Source of the DNA: a virus
Virus record (IMG/VR): IMGVR_UViG_3300046361_000034
Span: 19,006 to 83,005 of that record
Strand: one strand, 5' to 3'
DNA length: 64,000 bases
The notes beneath the pieces are model-generated. The model did no database searches. It saw nothing but the letters and a program-made list of their open reading frames with translations, and had not been told where the DNA came from. This document shows, piece by piece, positions 10,274-19,600 of the stretch. Within the stretch, counting starts at the first letter, position 1. The number at the start of each line of letters is the position of its first letter. The position numbers were made by a program, and so were the translations under genes.

Positions 10274-12136
10274 ATGAAACATATATATAAAATATTATTA
10301 TTATTTTCTATTATTAGTTATAGTCAAAAAGCTATAACTATTTCTAGTATGATGAATGGTTTTAATCCTAGTACACTATCTCCTACATTATTTATTAATC
10401 CTTATAAAGATGCTTTTGTATCTACGGTTGATAACAATGGAACTCGACAAAGAGGGAATATCATAAATAGTGCAACTGCAACAACGGGACAAGCACTAGC
10501 AACCGCTGGTACTTTAGGAAGTAAACCCATATATAATGGAGAAGGATGGTTTTTTGGTGATGGAGCTGAAATGATTACAGGTACTTCAGCAGATTATAAT
10601 TTTATACATACTGGTAGTGATTTTGATATTTGGGCTACTGTATTTATATGTCCTACAGCTACCTCTACATATAATAGAGTAATTCTTTGTAATAATGGAT
10701 TTTCTAATACTGATAAAGGAATTCTGTTTAGAGCATCTAATAGTGGTACTAATCGACTTGAATTTAGGGTAGGAAATGGTACAGCAGCTTTTATTAGTTT
10801 AAATGGCGCTAATAACTTAACTGTTAATACTACTAATATAATTAGAGTTACTCGTTCTGGTTCTACTGCAACTATGTTTGTTAATGGTACACAAGTTGCT
10901 ACACAAACTATTTCTTTAAGTCCTGGTGTAGGTAATGCTATCGGTGTAATGAATGTTTGTCAAAGTTTGGCTGCATCTGCTAATTTTTATTTAAAAGATA
11001 TAGTAGTATTTAATAGGACTTTAACAACATCAGAAGCAATATCTATGAATAGTAGACGATTTCAGTCCATTACTCCTAGTCCTATTAATGTGTATTTATT
11101 TGCTGGAGATTCTAATGCTGCTGGTAGAGGAGTTAATGCATCTATTGCTGGTGATTTAATAGGTAATATATCAGGAACATTTGCAGAATTATTTCCTAGT
11201 TATAATTATACTTCTTGGGCAGGTAAATTACTATTAGGCACAAATCAAACTATACCTACTGAAAATCCTTCTACACAACATGGTGCTGAAATGAGATTTG
11301 GTAAATCAATGGGGGCAGTACAAGATAATTTTATTATAAAATATGGAGTAGGTTCTAATACGGTATTTCAACGAAATGATGGAGGGTTTGCTGATTTTAA
11401 TACTAGTACAGCTATTTCGTCATATAATAGATTTACAACTGCTGTAATTCCTCAAGCACTATATGATCTAGTTCATAGTTATAGAAGAATTCCTGTATTT
11501 AGAGGATTTATTTGGATAGAGGGTGCTAATGATGCTTTATTTGGTTCACAAAGTGCTACTTGGGTTAGAGTTGGTACAACTGCTACTATAACATCAACTA
11601 ATCATGGTTTAGTTACTCAATGTAAACCTGGATTTTATAGTTCATCTGATACTACTCCTATCCCTTCAGGAGATTATCAAATAACTAAAATTGATAATAA
11701 TACCTTTACAATAACTGTTGTTAATTCCGGAGCAACTTCTGGCACTATATCTTGGACTGGTGGATATAATTATAAACAAAATACTTATAATCTTATAAAT
11801 AATACAATTGATTATATTCAAAATACAACTAAAAATCAATTAACAAATGGAAATGGTTATACTGTAAATAAATTAAGATTATTTTTTCCACAAACAACAC
11901 AAGGTATAGGAGCAGGTTTAAATGCGGATTCGTTTAATCAAGTTGTTGCTAGTCAAGTAGCGATGGGTACTGATTATTTAACTGATAATCCTAGTAGAAG
12001 TTCTAATGTTGTTGGTAGTACATCACAAAGTACAACTGGTTTTCCTATGCAAGATGGTGTACATTATGCTACTGCTGGTTATGATACTTTAGGAGGAAAT
12101 ATTGCTACTTATTTTATACCTTTTGTTAATGAATAA
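10274..12136 (+). CDS. Signal-peptide protein: LamG/ConA-like domain plus SGNH sialate-O-acetylesterase-like (SASA) domain
   Basis: MKHIYKILLLFSIISYS|Q; LamG motifs (TMFVNGTQV, KDIVVFNRTLT); SASA blocks LFAGDSNAAG, GAEMRFG, FIWIEGAND and DGVHY. Confidence 0.75.
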   Translation: MKHIYKILLLFSIISYSQKAITISSMMNGFNPSTLSPTLFINPYKDAFVSTVDNNGTRQRGNIINSATATTGQALATAGTLGSKPIYNGEGWFFGDGAEMITGTSADYNFIHTGSDFDIWATVFICPTATSTYNRVILCNNGFSNTDKGILFRASNSGTNRLEFRVGNGTAAFISLNGANNLTVNTTNIIRVTRSGSTATMFVNGTQVATQTISLSPGVGNAIGVMNVCQSLAASANFYLKDIVVFNRTLTTSEAISMNSRRFQSITPSPINVYLFAGDSNAAGRGVNASIAGDLIGNISGTFAELFPSYNYTSWAGKLLLGTNQTIPTENPSTQHGAEMRFGKSMGAVQDNFIIKYGVGSNTVFQRNDGGFADFNTSTAISSYNRFTTAVIPQALYDLVHSYRRIPVFRGFIWIEGANDALFGSQSATWVRVGTTATITSTNHGLVTQCKPGFYSSSDTTPIPSGDYQITKIDNNTFTITVVNSGATSGTISWTGGYNYKQNTYNLINNTIDYIQNTTKNQLTNGNGYTVNKLRLFFPQTTQGIGAGLNADSFNQVVASQVAMGTDYLTDNPSRSSNVVGSTSQSTTGFPMQDGVHYATAGYDTLGGNIATYFIPFVNE

Positions 12137-12160
12137 TATTATTAATCTAAATTAAATTTT

Positions 12161-12622
12161 ATGAAAAATTTATTCGTATTTATTTTGTTTTTATGTACTT
12201 TGATTAGTACAGCTCAATTACAAGGAACTATTACTAGAATTAAAGATGGTGATACTTATGTATTAACTGATAGTATTAAACATGGTACTACTATTAGACT
12301 AGCAGGAGTTGATTGTCCTGAGAAAAAACAAGAATATGGTGATAGTGCTGCAATTTTTAGTACTAGAGCTATACTTAATAAAGAAGTTTTAGTATATATA
12401 GATAGAATTGATATGTATGGTAGAACAGTTGGTTTTATAATTTATGGTAAAAATAAAAGTCTTTCAAGAGAATTACTTAAACAAGGTTTAGCATGGCATT
12501 ATAAAAAATATAATAAATCTAGTTATTTAGCTTCATTAGAAAGAACTGCTAAAAAAAATAAAAAAGGATTATGGAAATCTTCTAATCCTATAAATCCTGA
12601 AGTATTTAGAACTAAAAAATAA
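12161..12622 (+). CDS. Secreted thermonuclease (staphylococcal nuclease family)
   Basis: Motifs DGDT, IRLAGVDCPE, DMYGRT, GLAW and AK..KKGLW; signal peptide MKNLFVFILFLCTLISTA|Q. Confidence 0.92.
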   Translation: MKNLFVFILFLCTLISTAQLQGTITRIKDGDTYVLTDSIKHGTTIRLAGVDCPEKKQEYGDSAAIFSTRAILNKEVLVYIDRIDMYGRTVGFIIYGKNKSLSRELLKQGLAWHYKKYNKSSYLASLERTAKKNKKGLWKSSNPINPEVFRTKK

Positions 12623-12655
12623 CATTATTAATTAGTAACTTTAAATTTTATATAT

Positions 12656-12862
12656 ATGAAAAATGTTTTTAAAAATTGGAAAACTACTTCTGCTGGTCTT
12701 TTATTAATCTTAGGTAGTGGTTATTCTCTTGTTCATTCTGTTATGACAGGAACACTTACACAGGAAACTTTTACTTTACAAATAGGAGGAATTCTTGGAG
12801 GACTTGGTTTAATTGCTGGAGCAGATGCTACTACTCCACCTACTACTCCACCTACTACTTAA
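12656..12862 (+). CDS. Holin-like small membrane protein (2 TM)
   Basis: 68 aa, KNWKTT..G start, two hydrophobic segments, upstream of the endolysin. Confidence 0.55.
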   Translation: MKNVFKNWKTTSAGLLLILGSGYSLVHSVMTGTLTQETFTLQIGGILGGLGLIAGADATTPPTTPPTT

Positions 12863-12881
12863 AATTGATTAATTATTAATT

Positions 12882-12910
12882 TAAAGGGTAACTGTAATAG
12901 TTACCCTTTA
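12882..12910 (+). terminator. Hairpin / probable terminator
   Basis: Perfect 12-bp stem taaagggtaact / agttacccttta with AT-rich flanks. Confidence 0.7.
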
Positions 12911-12925
12911 TTAACTTATCTCCCT

Positions 12926-13264
12926 ATGGATTATATTGCTACACTTATACCATTAATAACTGCTATAGTAGGATTTTTAATGGCACGTTTATTTAAAAAA
13001 GATGATAAATCTGATGAAGAAACACAACAGACTTTAAAAGAAGTTAAAGATTTACTTGATACTGTAAATTTAAATCTTAATACTATTAAAATTAATTTAG
13101 AACATACTGTTCATGATACTAGAGAATTACAAAGAGAGAGTAAAACTAGTATTACTAAGGTAAATAATATTGAAAAAGAAGTAGCAATCCTTACTACTAT
13201 TAATAATAGCAGTGTTAAAAGATTGGATTTACTTCAAGATATAGTAACTAAAAGTTTAAAATAA
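12926..13264 (+). CDS. Single-TM coiled-coil lysis protein (holin/antiholin-like)
   Basis: N-terminal TM helix plus heptad-rich tail; directly before the endolysin. Confidence 0.45.
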   Translation: MDYIATLIPLITAIVGFLMARLFKKDDKSDEETQQTLKEVKDLLDTVNLNLNTIKINLEHTVHDTRELQRESKTSITKVNNIEKEVAILTTINNSSVKRLDLLQDIVTKSLK

Positions 13265-13282
13265 TAATTAAAAAATAAAGTT

Positions 13283-13777
13283 ATGACTCCAGAAGAATTT
13301 GTAAAAACATATCTTCCTTTTGCTAAAACAGTTGAGAAGAAAACAGGATTTAGTTATCTTATACCATTAACACAAGGTGCACAAGAAAGTGGTTGGGGTA
13401 AAAAAGCAGTAGGAAATAATTTCTTTGGTATTAAAGATACTGACGGAATAAATGACAATGAACAATTAATAATTACTACTGAATTTTCTAAAAATGGAAA
13501 TTTAAAATTTCCAATTATATTAAGTAAAGTTTTTAGTGGTAAATTATTCAAATACACTATTAAAGATTACTTTAGAAAATATGATTCTGCTGAAATTGCT
13601 TTTACAGATCATATTAATTTCTTTTTAAAAAATCCTAGATATAAAGAAGCAATAAAATATAAACAAGATCCTGATAGATTTTTTATAGAAATTGCTAAAG
13701 CTGGTTATGCAACTGACCCTAATTATGCTACTAATCTAATTGCTGTTAAGAAATCTGTATTAAGACGAATTAAATAA
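13283..13777 (+). CDS. Endolysin, GH73 glucosaminidase (FlgJ-like)
   Basis: QGAQESGWG, NNFFGIK, FRKYDS and GYATDPNYA motifs. Confidence 0.92.
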   Translation: MTPEEFVKTYLPFAKTVEKKTGFSYLIPLTQGAQESGWGKKAVGNNFFGIKDTDGINDNEQLIITTEFSKNGNLKFPIILSKVFSGKLFKYTIKDYFRKYDSAEIAFTDHINFFLKNPRYKEAIKYKQDPDRFFIEIAKAGYATDPNYATNLIAVKKSVLRRIK

Positions 13778-13784
13778 TAAAATT

Positions 13785-14534
13785 ATGATAAACACTAATA
13801 TAAAAAGAGTTATTCAAGTAATAGTAATACTTGTTATTCTAATTTTCTTTTTTCATGCTTGTAAAAATACTATTAAACCAGCAATTATTAATGGTTTAGG
13901 AGGATATACAGATACTGAGTATAAAATACATACTGATACTTTAAAATCTACATTTGATTCTATATACTTTAAGTATGATAGTTTACAAACTGTTATATAT
14001 AGATTAGGTAAACAAAAAGTAATTACTGATTTTAAAACTCAAATAGTATATAAGGATAGAAAAGACACTAACACTAAAGTTTCTTCTAAAGGCAATACAT
14101 CTGCTTTATCCACTTTTTTGACTTCAACCGACACCATTTATGCTAGTGTTTTCGAGCAAGTCAACGCATTTTCAGATACCTTAAACGAGGGAACAGTAAC
14201 AAGTTATGTTAACCCTAGCGACTGTAAAATTATCGCTCAAACCTTGTGTTATAAGCCAAAAAACCCTATACTTGTAAGAGAAACCAAAAATGTAATTACT
14301 ACTAAAGAAACTACATTAACAAATAAACCTAGAGGACTTATAGGATTTGGTGGAGCAATTGATAGTAATAAAAATTTAGGTATTTCTGGTGCATATATGT
14401 TTCCTAATAAGTTACAAATTCAAGGAAGTTATTTATGGAATACAGAAACAAAAAATCCTGTTACTAAAGCTTATCAAAATGAAGCTTTATTTAAAGATAA
14501 AGTTGTAGCAATATCAATCATTAAATTCTTTTAA
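13785..14534 (+). CDS. Putative spanin-like membrane protein
   Basis: N-terminal TM ending in FHAC (possible lipobox); C-terminal amphipathic beta strands ending in Phe; follows the endolysin. Confidence 0.45.
   Translation: MINTNIKRVIQVIVILVILIFFFHACKNTIKPAIINGLGGYTDTEYKIHTDTLKSTFDSIYFKYDSLQTVIYRLGKQKVITDFKTQIVYKDRKDTNTKVSSKGNTSALSTFLTSTDTIYASVFEQVNAFSDTLNEGTVTSYVNPSDCKIIAQTLCYKPKNPILVRETKNVITTKETTLTNKPRGLIGFGGAIDSNKNLGISGAYMFPNKLQIQGSYLWNTETKNPVTKAYQNEALFKDKVVAISIIKFF
14100..14270. other. CpG-rich phased DNA patch B
   Basis: 6 CpG; GC clusters near 14143, 14155, 14166, 14177, 14188 and 14235, 14245, 14256, 14265. Confidence 0.35.
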
Positions 14535-14535
14535 A

Positions 14536-15258
14536 ATGACTACATTAAATCAAATAGCTGAAAATATTGCATATAAATTAGGAGATCAATTTAATCTTAC
14601 TTTACGAGAAAGTATTAAAGATACTGTAATAATTTATAGAGCTAAATTTATTCGTGATGATTTAGATAAAAACTTTTTATCTGAATCACATTTTTCACAA
14701 GTGGGGACTATACAATTTGAAGTAGTTAATTTACTTGAAGAATTTAATGCTGACTTCAGTAATATTTCAGCTATTTGTGCAAATGTAACTAAACAAGATA
14801 AATATAAAATTCTTAGAAGTAAACAATTAATTCCTACTTCTGTAAGAACTAAAGTATCTAGTAGAAACCCTTTTCTATTTCTAGGTAAAGTAGATGGTAG
14901 TAAAAACTTTACATTTACTACATTAGATAAATATTATTATTATCAACATATTCCTTATCAAGAAAATAATATATTTTATATATATTTAAACAATAGAATA
15001 TATATTATTAATAATTTAAACCTTTGTGATATTAATGAATCTTTAAATATTAGTAATGTAATGATTAAAGGAATATTTGAAAATCCTAGAGAACTTTATA
15101 ATGCTTGTGTTAATAATGATACTTATATGGATGATATGCCTTTTCCTATTGGATTAGATATGTTAATGAGTATTACAAATAATATACTTAAAGGAGAATA
15201 TCCTATTAAAGTAAAAGATGGTGAACAAGTAAATATACATCCTGATGATAACGAATAA
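14536..15258 (+). CDS. Putative tail ring protein
   Basis: 240 aa; YIYLNNRIYI...IKGIFENP...D..FPI motifs resemble crAss ring proteins. Confidence 0.55.
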   Translation: MTTLNQIAENIAYKLGDQFNLTLRESIKDTVIIYRAKFIRDDLDKNFLSESHFSQVGTIQFEVVNLLEEFNADFSNISAICANVTKQDKYKILRSKQLIPTSVRTKVSSRNPFLFLGKVDGSKNFTFTTLDKYYYYQHIPYQENNIFYIYLNNRIYIINNLNLCDINESLNISNVMIKGIFENPRELYNACVNNDTYMDDMPFPIGLDMLMSITNNILKGEYPIKVKDGEQVNIHPDDNE

Positions 15259-16012
15259 TACAATGTATGAATTACATGAAGTTAAATTTAATATTGAGTT
15301 AGATATTATTAATAAAGAACTTAAACTTCTTGAAAGAAATAAAAAAAAGTTATTAAGTTATTTTAAACTAATTAGTTTACCTGATAATGTAAATTTTGAA
15401 AATATTGAGTTAGGTAAAGAAAAAGTAATTGATAATCCTACAAGTTCTTATGAAATATTTTATAATGCTAAACTTAAAGATTATAATTCCTCTTGTATTA
15501 TTTATAATAATAAAATAGAAGTTAAAAATTTAATATTACAACATAAAATTAAACCTGTAATATTTAATTATATACTTAATAGATTTAATGAATTACTTAG
15601 TGAAGAAATTATTTATTATAAGTATAAATTTAAAGATTTATTTCTTGGGGGTTTATTACTTATATCTAATAAAAGTCCTAGACCTAGTATTAATTGGAAA
15701 ATTAGTTTAGATAATAAAAAGAAACTTATTGAAGAAGGTAAAATACCTTATCTTAAAAATGATGCTGAAGTAGCTAAACAAAATAATCAAGAATATAATG
15801 GTATTAAATGGCTACATGAGTTTACTGGTTTTAGTTTATTTTTTCAATGGGAGTTAGAGAATAAACAATTTATAAGACTTCCTAATATTAAAAACTTTAC
15901 ATTTGAGCCATATAGAGGTTCTAATAGTCCTGTAAGTAAATTGACTGAATATAAAAATACTCTTACAGAAGCACAACTTACTAACTTTAATACAGAACAT
16001 TATGCTACTTAA
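15245..16012 (+). CDS. Conserved hypothetical protein of the crAss tail module
   Basis: 255-aa ORF overlapping both neighbours; INWK.S...KKKLIEEGK.PY motif. Confidence 0.45.
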   Translation: MITNNTMYELHEVKFNIELDIINKELKLLERNKKKLLSYFKLISLPDNVNFENIELGKEKVIDNPTSSYEIFYNAKLKDYNSSCIIYNNKIEVKNLILQHKIKPVIFNYILNRFNELLSEEIIYYKYKFKDLFLGGLLLISNKSPRPSINWKISLDNKKKLIEEGKIPYLKNDAEVAKQNNQEYNGIKWLHEFTGFSLFFQWELENKQFIRLPNIKNFTFEPYRGSNSPVSKLTEYKNTLTEAQLTNFNTEHYAT

Positions 16013-16679
16013 TCTAATATCCATTAAAGTTGTTATAGGTAGATTTCTTAAAGAGTATAATATAGATGATACTAATTATGTAGATGATCTTCCTCAATGG
16101 ACTCGTGATGCTATTGAAATTATAGGTATTCCTAATTATTTTATTCCTAAACATACTATTAAAAAAATTGAAAGTAATAGATGTTCGTTACCTTGTGATA
16201 TTGAGAACCTTTATGGTATCTGGGTAACTAATTCTACTGATAGAGCACAAACTATTACAGAGTTAGGTAAACTTGAAATTAGAAATAACCCATTAATTGG
16301 TGCAGGAATAAAAAGAGAAACTCCTGAAAGATTTATGTATGGTAATATAAGTGGTAATTTTCTAAATACAAGTTTTTCAAGTGGTTATGTTTATATTGCT
16401 TATAAAGGTTTACCAACAGATTGTGATGGTTATCCTATGGTTCCTAAAGATACTAAATTAAATAATGCTTTACAATATTATTTTATATGGCGTATGGCAT
16501 TATCAGGATATACTCATCCTGTAATATCTCCTAAAGATGCTTTAGCATTGTGGGAAAAAAATTATCCTGCTGCTGCTAACTCAGTTAATTGGATGGATAT
16601 ATCAGAATTACAAGAGTTTACTAATATGTGGACTAATCCAATATTAGGAGATTTACATACTAATAATTATATAGTATAA
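16002..16679 (+). CDS. Tail tubular / ring protein (P22 gp4-like as annotated in crAss phages)
   Basis: LPCD and G.VYIAYKGLPTD.DGYPMVP motifs; immediately upstream of the muzzle gene. Confidence 0.65.
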   Translation: MLLNLISIKVVIGRFLKEYNIDDTNYVDDLPQWTRDAIEIIGIPNYFIPKHTIKKIESNRCSLPCDIENLYGIWVTNSTDRAQTITELGKLEIRNNPLIGAGIKRETPERFMYGNISGNFLNTSFSSGYVYIAYKGLPTDCDGYPMVPKDTKLNNALQYYFIWRMALSGYTHPVISPKDALALWEKNYPAAANSVNWMDISELQEFTNMWTNPILGDLHTNNYIV

Positions 16680-16682
16680 GTT

Positions 16683-19600
16683 ATGGAAGAATTTAATGGA
16701 ATGCATAGAAATAATATTAAAAGTAAAATTCCCACAGGTATGTGGGAATTTGCTCGTAATATACTTATGACAAAAGGTTGGAAATCTATAATGGATGAAG
16801 ATGGGTTTGATCTTAAAGTAACTATTCCTGGACAAATTATTGGAAGAATTGATACAAATGAAGAAGTTATATGTTTTAGTGTTGATGGTATATATTCGTG
16901 TATTGGTATTTATACAGAAATATCAGGAATTGGTCAATATATTCCTAAAATAAGAAGTCTTTATTTAGGTTTTAAAGTTGATAGACCAATTGAAGGAGTA
17001 TTTTTTTATAATTTTAAAAAAGAATTAATTGTTGCTTTTTGTGATGGTGTTTTTGCTGATAGTAATGTACCACGTTTAATTAATCTTACTAATTTTCCTG
17101 TACCTTTAACAGGATTAGAATTAACTAATCCTACTGATGTAGTAAAATTAAATCTATTTTTAGATGCTTTAGATGCTGATATAGATGTAAAATATATAAA
17201 TAATGGTACATTAGAAGCTGATGTTATTTATATAAGTTATAGTTATGTAAGTAATGATTCTTTAACATCTACTGTATTTTTTCCTATTCATGTAGCTACT
17301 TATCCTACTTATAATTTTAGAGAATTAAATAAACGAAATATAGAAGTATTTTTAACTAATTTAGATGCAAGGTATTCTAAACTTAGATTAGGTTTATTAG
17401 TTGTAAAAGATTCTGGATTATTTGGATATCAAAGTGAAGTACTTACTTATTCAGGTACAAGTTATAATACCATTATATCTTCTTTAACAAATTATACTAC
17501 TATAGCTACAGATGAATTAGTTGTTCCTAAGGCTATTTATAGTAGAGTAGAAACTATGACTTTTAATAATAGTGAATTACTTATTGGTCATCTTGTAGGT
17601 ACAGAAGCATTTAAATTTCAAAAATATGCAAATCAATTAGAATTAGAATTAACTTATGATATTAAAAAAGCTAGTGATTTTACTACACCTATGTTATGTC
17701 CTGATGAAGTATATTCTATAACAATATGTCCTCAATTTCTTAATGGCACTTATGGAGAAGAGTATCATATTCCTGGTGTAAAACCTTATGGAGATAATTT
17801 AAATGTATTATCTTCTACAGATATTGATAATCTTGGTCTAAATAGTTTAAATCCTGAAGTGTTTAAAAAATTTAGAATATTTAATACTGGAGGATTTGTT
17901 AATAATACTATACCTATTAGTATTCCTTACAATCCTGCGGAATTTCTTCTTAGATGGGGTTATTGGGAAAACCAAGAAACTTATCCAAATGACAATGAGT
18001 ATAATAGTGGAGTAGATTATGATGGTTCTACTATAGTTGGTGGAGAAGATTTAAGAAGTACTAATATTAGATATCATCGTGTTCCTGGTCTTAATGCCCT
18101 AGTAACAAAATTTCCTTGTATTTTAGGATATGATAATAAGAATGAAGAAAATCCTTTTGGTGATCCCTTAAGTAAATTTAGAGGACTTATTCCTGCATTT
18201 GGAATAAATGTTACTAATTTTAATACTGTTGTTCCTCCTGCTATATTAAATCAAATTCAAGGATATAAATTATCAATAGTTAAAAGAAAAGCAGGAGATT
18301 ATTTAGTTGAAGATATTAATTTTATAAAACAAGCTTTAGCATACAATGCTAGTGGAGTAACAAATATTGATACTGGTGTATCTACTGTATTTGAATCCAC
18401 TATGTATACTAAAATGCCTTCACTTGCTCCTAGTACTCCCCCTTATAATTTATATGCTTGTCAATTTGGTTTTAGTAAAGTAAGAAGTAATACTTTATTT
18501 TCTTATACTCCTAAAATAACTCCTAGAATAATTAAAGCTAATTATGCACTTAGAGATGCTTATGGTCCTGTATCAGGTGTAGTTAGTGCTGAAAATCTAG
18601 ACTATACAAAAGAAGCGACTAGAGGAACTGTTGGAGGAGTATCTGAAGTATCTGCTACAGCTATTCCTAGTTTTTACTTAGTTCCTGATGCTCAAAGATT
18701 TGCTGTGGTTAATGATATTAAATATGTTCCTGAGAATAATCAAGCTGCATTTACTTTATATACTGAAACAGGTATTAATTTATTTTGTCATAATACTCTT
18801 GAGCCATTAATAGGGACACATAAATATCAAAATAATAGATGGAATCCTTTAGGAATAGTTGGTTTTTATGATGGGACAGATGATAGTGGAATACCTGGAA
18901 ACGTATCTATAGATGCTTACGATAGTACTTTAAAAAAATATGATTCTATTAATATATCTGGATTTAAAGTTTTTAGTATAGGACTTAACACTACACTTTT
19001 AAATTTACCTATTAATGTATATGCTGGGTTTAATCCTAAAGATTTTATTGTTTTAGGTAAAAAAACTATAAATAATCCTAATCCTTTTATAAATTGTGGA
19101 GATATATTTACTAATAATTTATATAATGTTGTTACTACTGTAATAATAGGTTTTCAAGTAGGAAATTATAATTTTGCTAGAGTTAAATTTTTTAAATTAG
19201 GTATTAAAGGAGGATTTAGTGTTTGTGCTAATTCTGAAATATATTTAGATAAAGGACAAAAGCAATTAGCCAATACTTATGAGTATCTTGATTCCCCACC
19301 TAATGATATTGATTTATTGAATACTTTTGATTATAAGTTAGAAGTTTTTAATAAAGAAACATTAAGAAGTTTAAATGATATTTTTGTTGGGGTAAGTTTT
19401 AGTATAACTAATATATTTGTAAGTTATTTCCCTTATCGAATACATCGTAGCTTAGTAGTAGCTGATGAAAATTTAACTACTACTGGTATTAGAACTTTTC
19501 TTGCTAATAGTTATAAAGAGATGCTTAATGATAGAGGAGCTATTACTGCATTAAGAGGAACAAATAAAATATTATTTATTCAGCAAAAGTATTCTCTATT

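Noticed and set aside
12829-12859. TTPPTTPPTT repeat at the end of the holin-like protein, and the Thr/Pro-rich start of 2744..3868
   Set aside because: Simple low-complexity coding repeats with no sign of a switch function.
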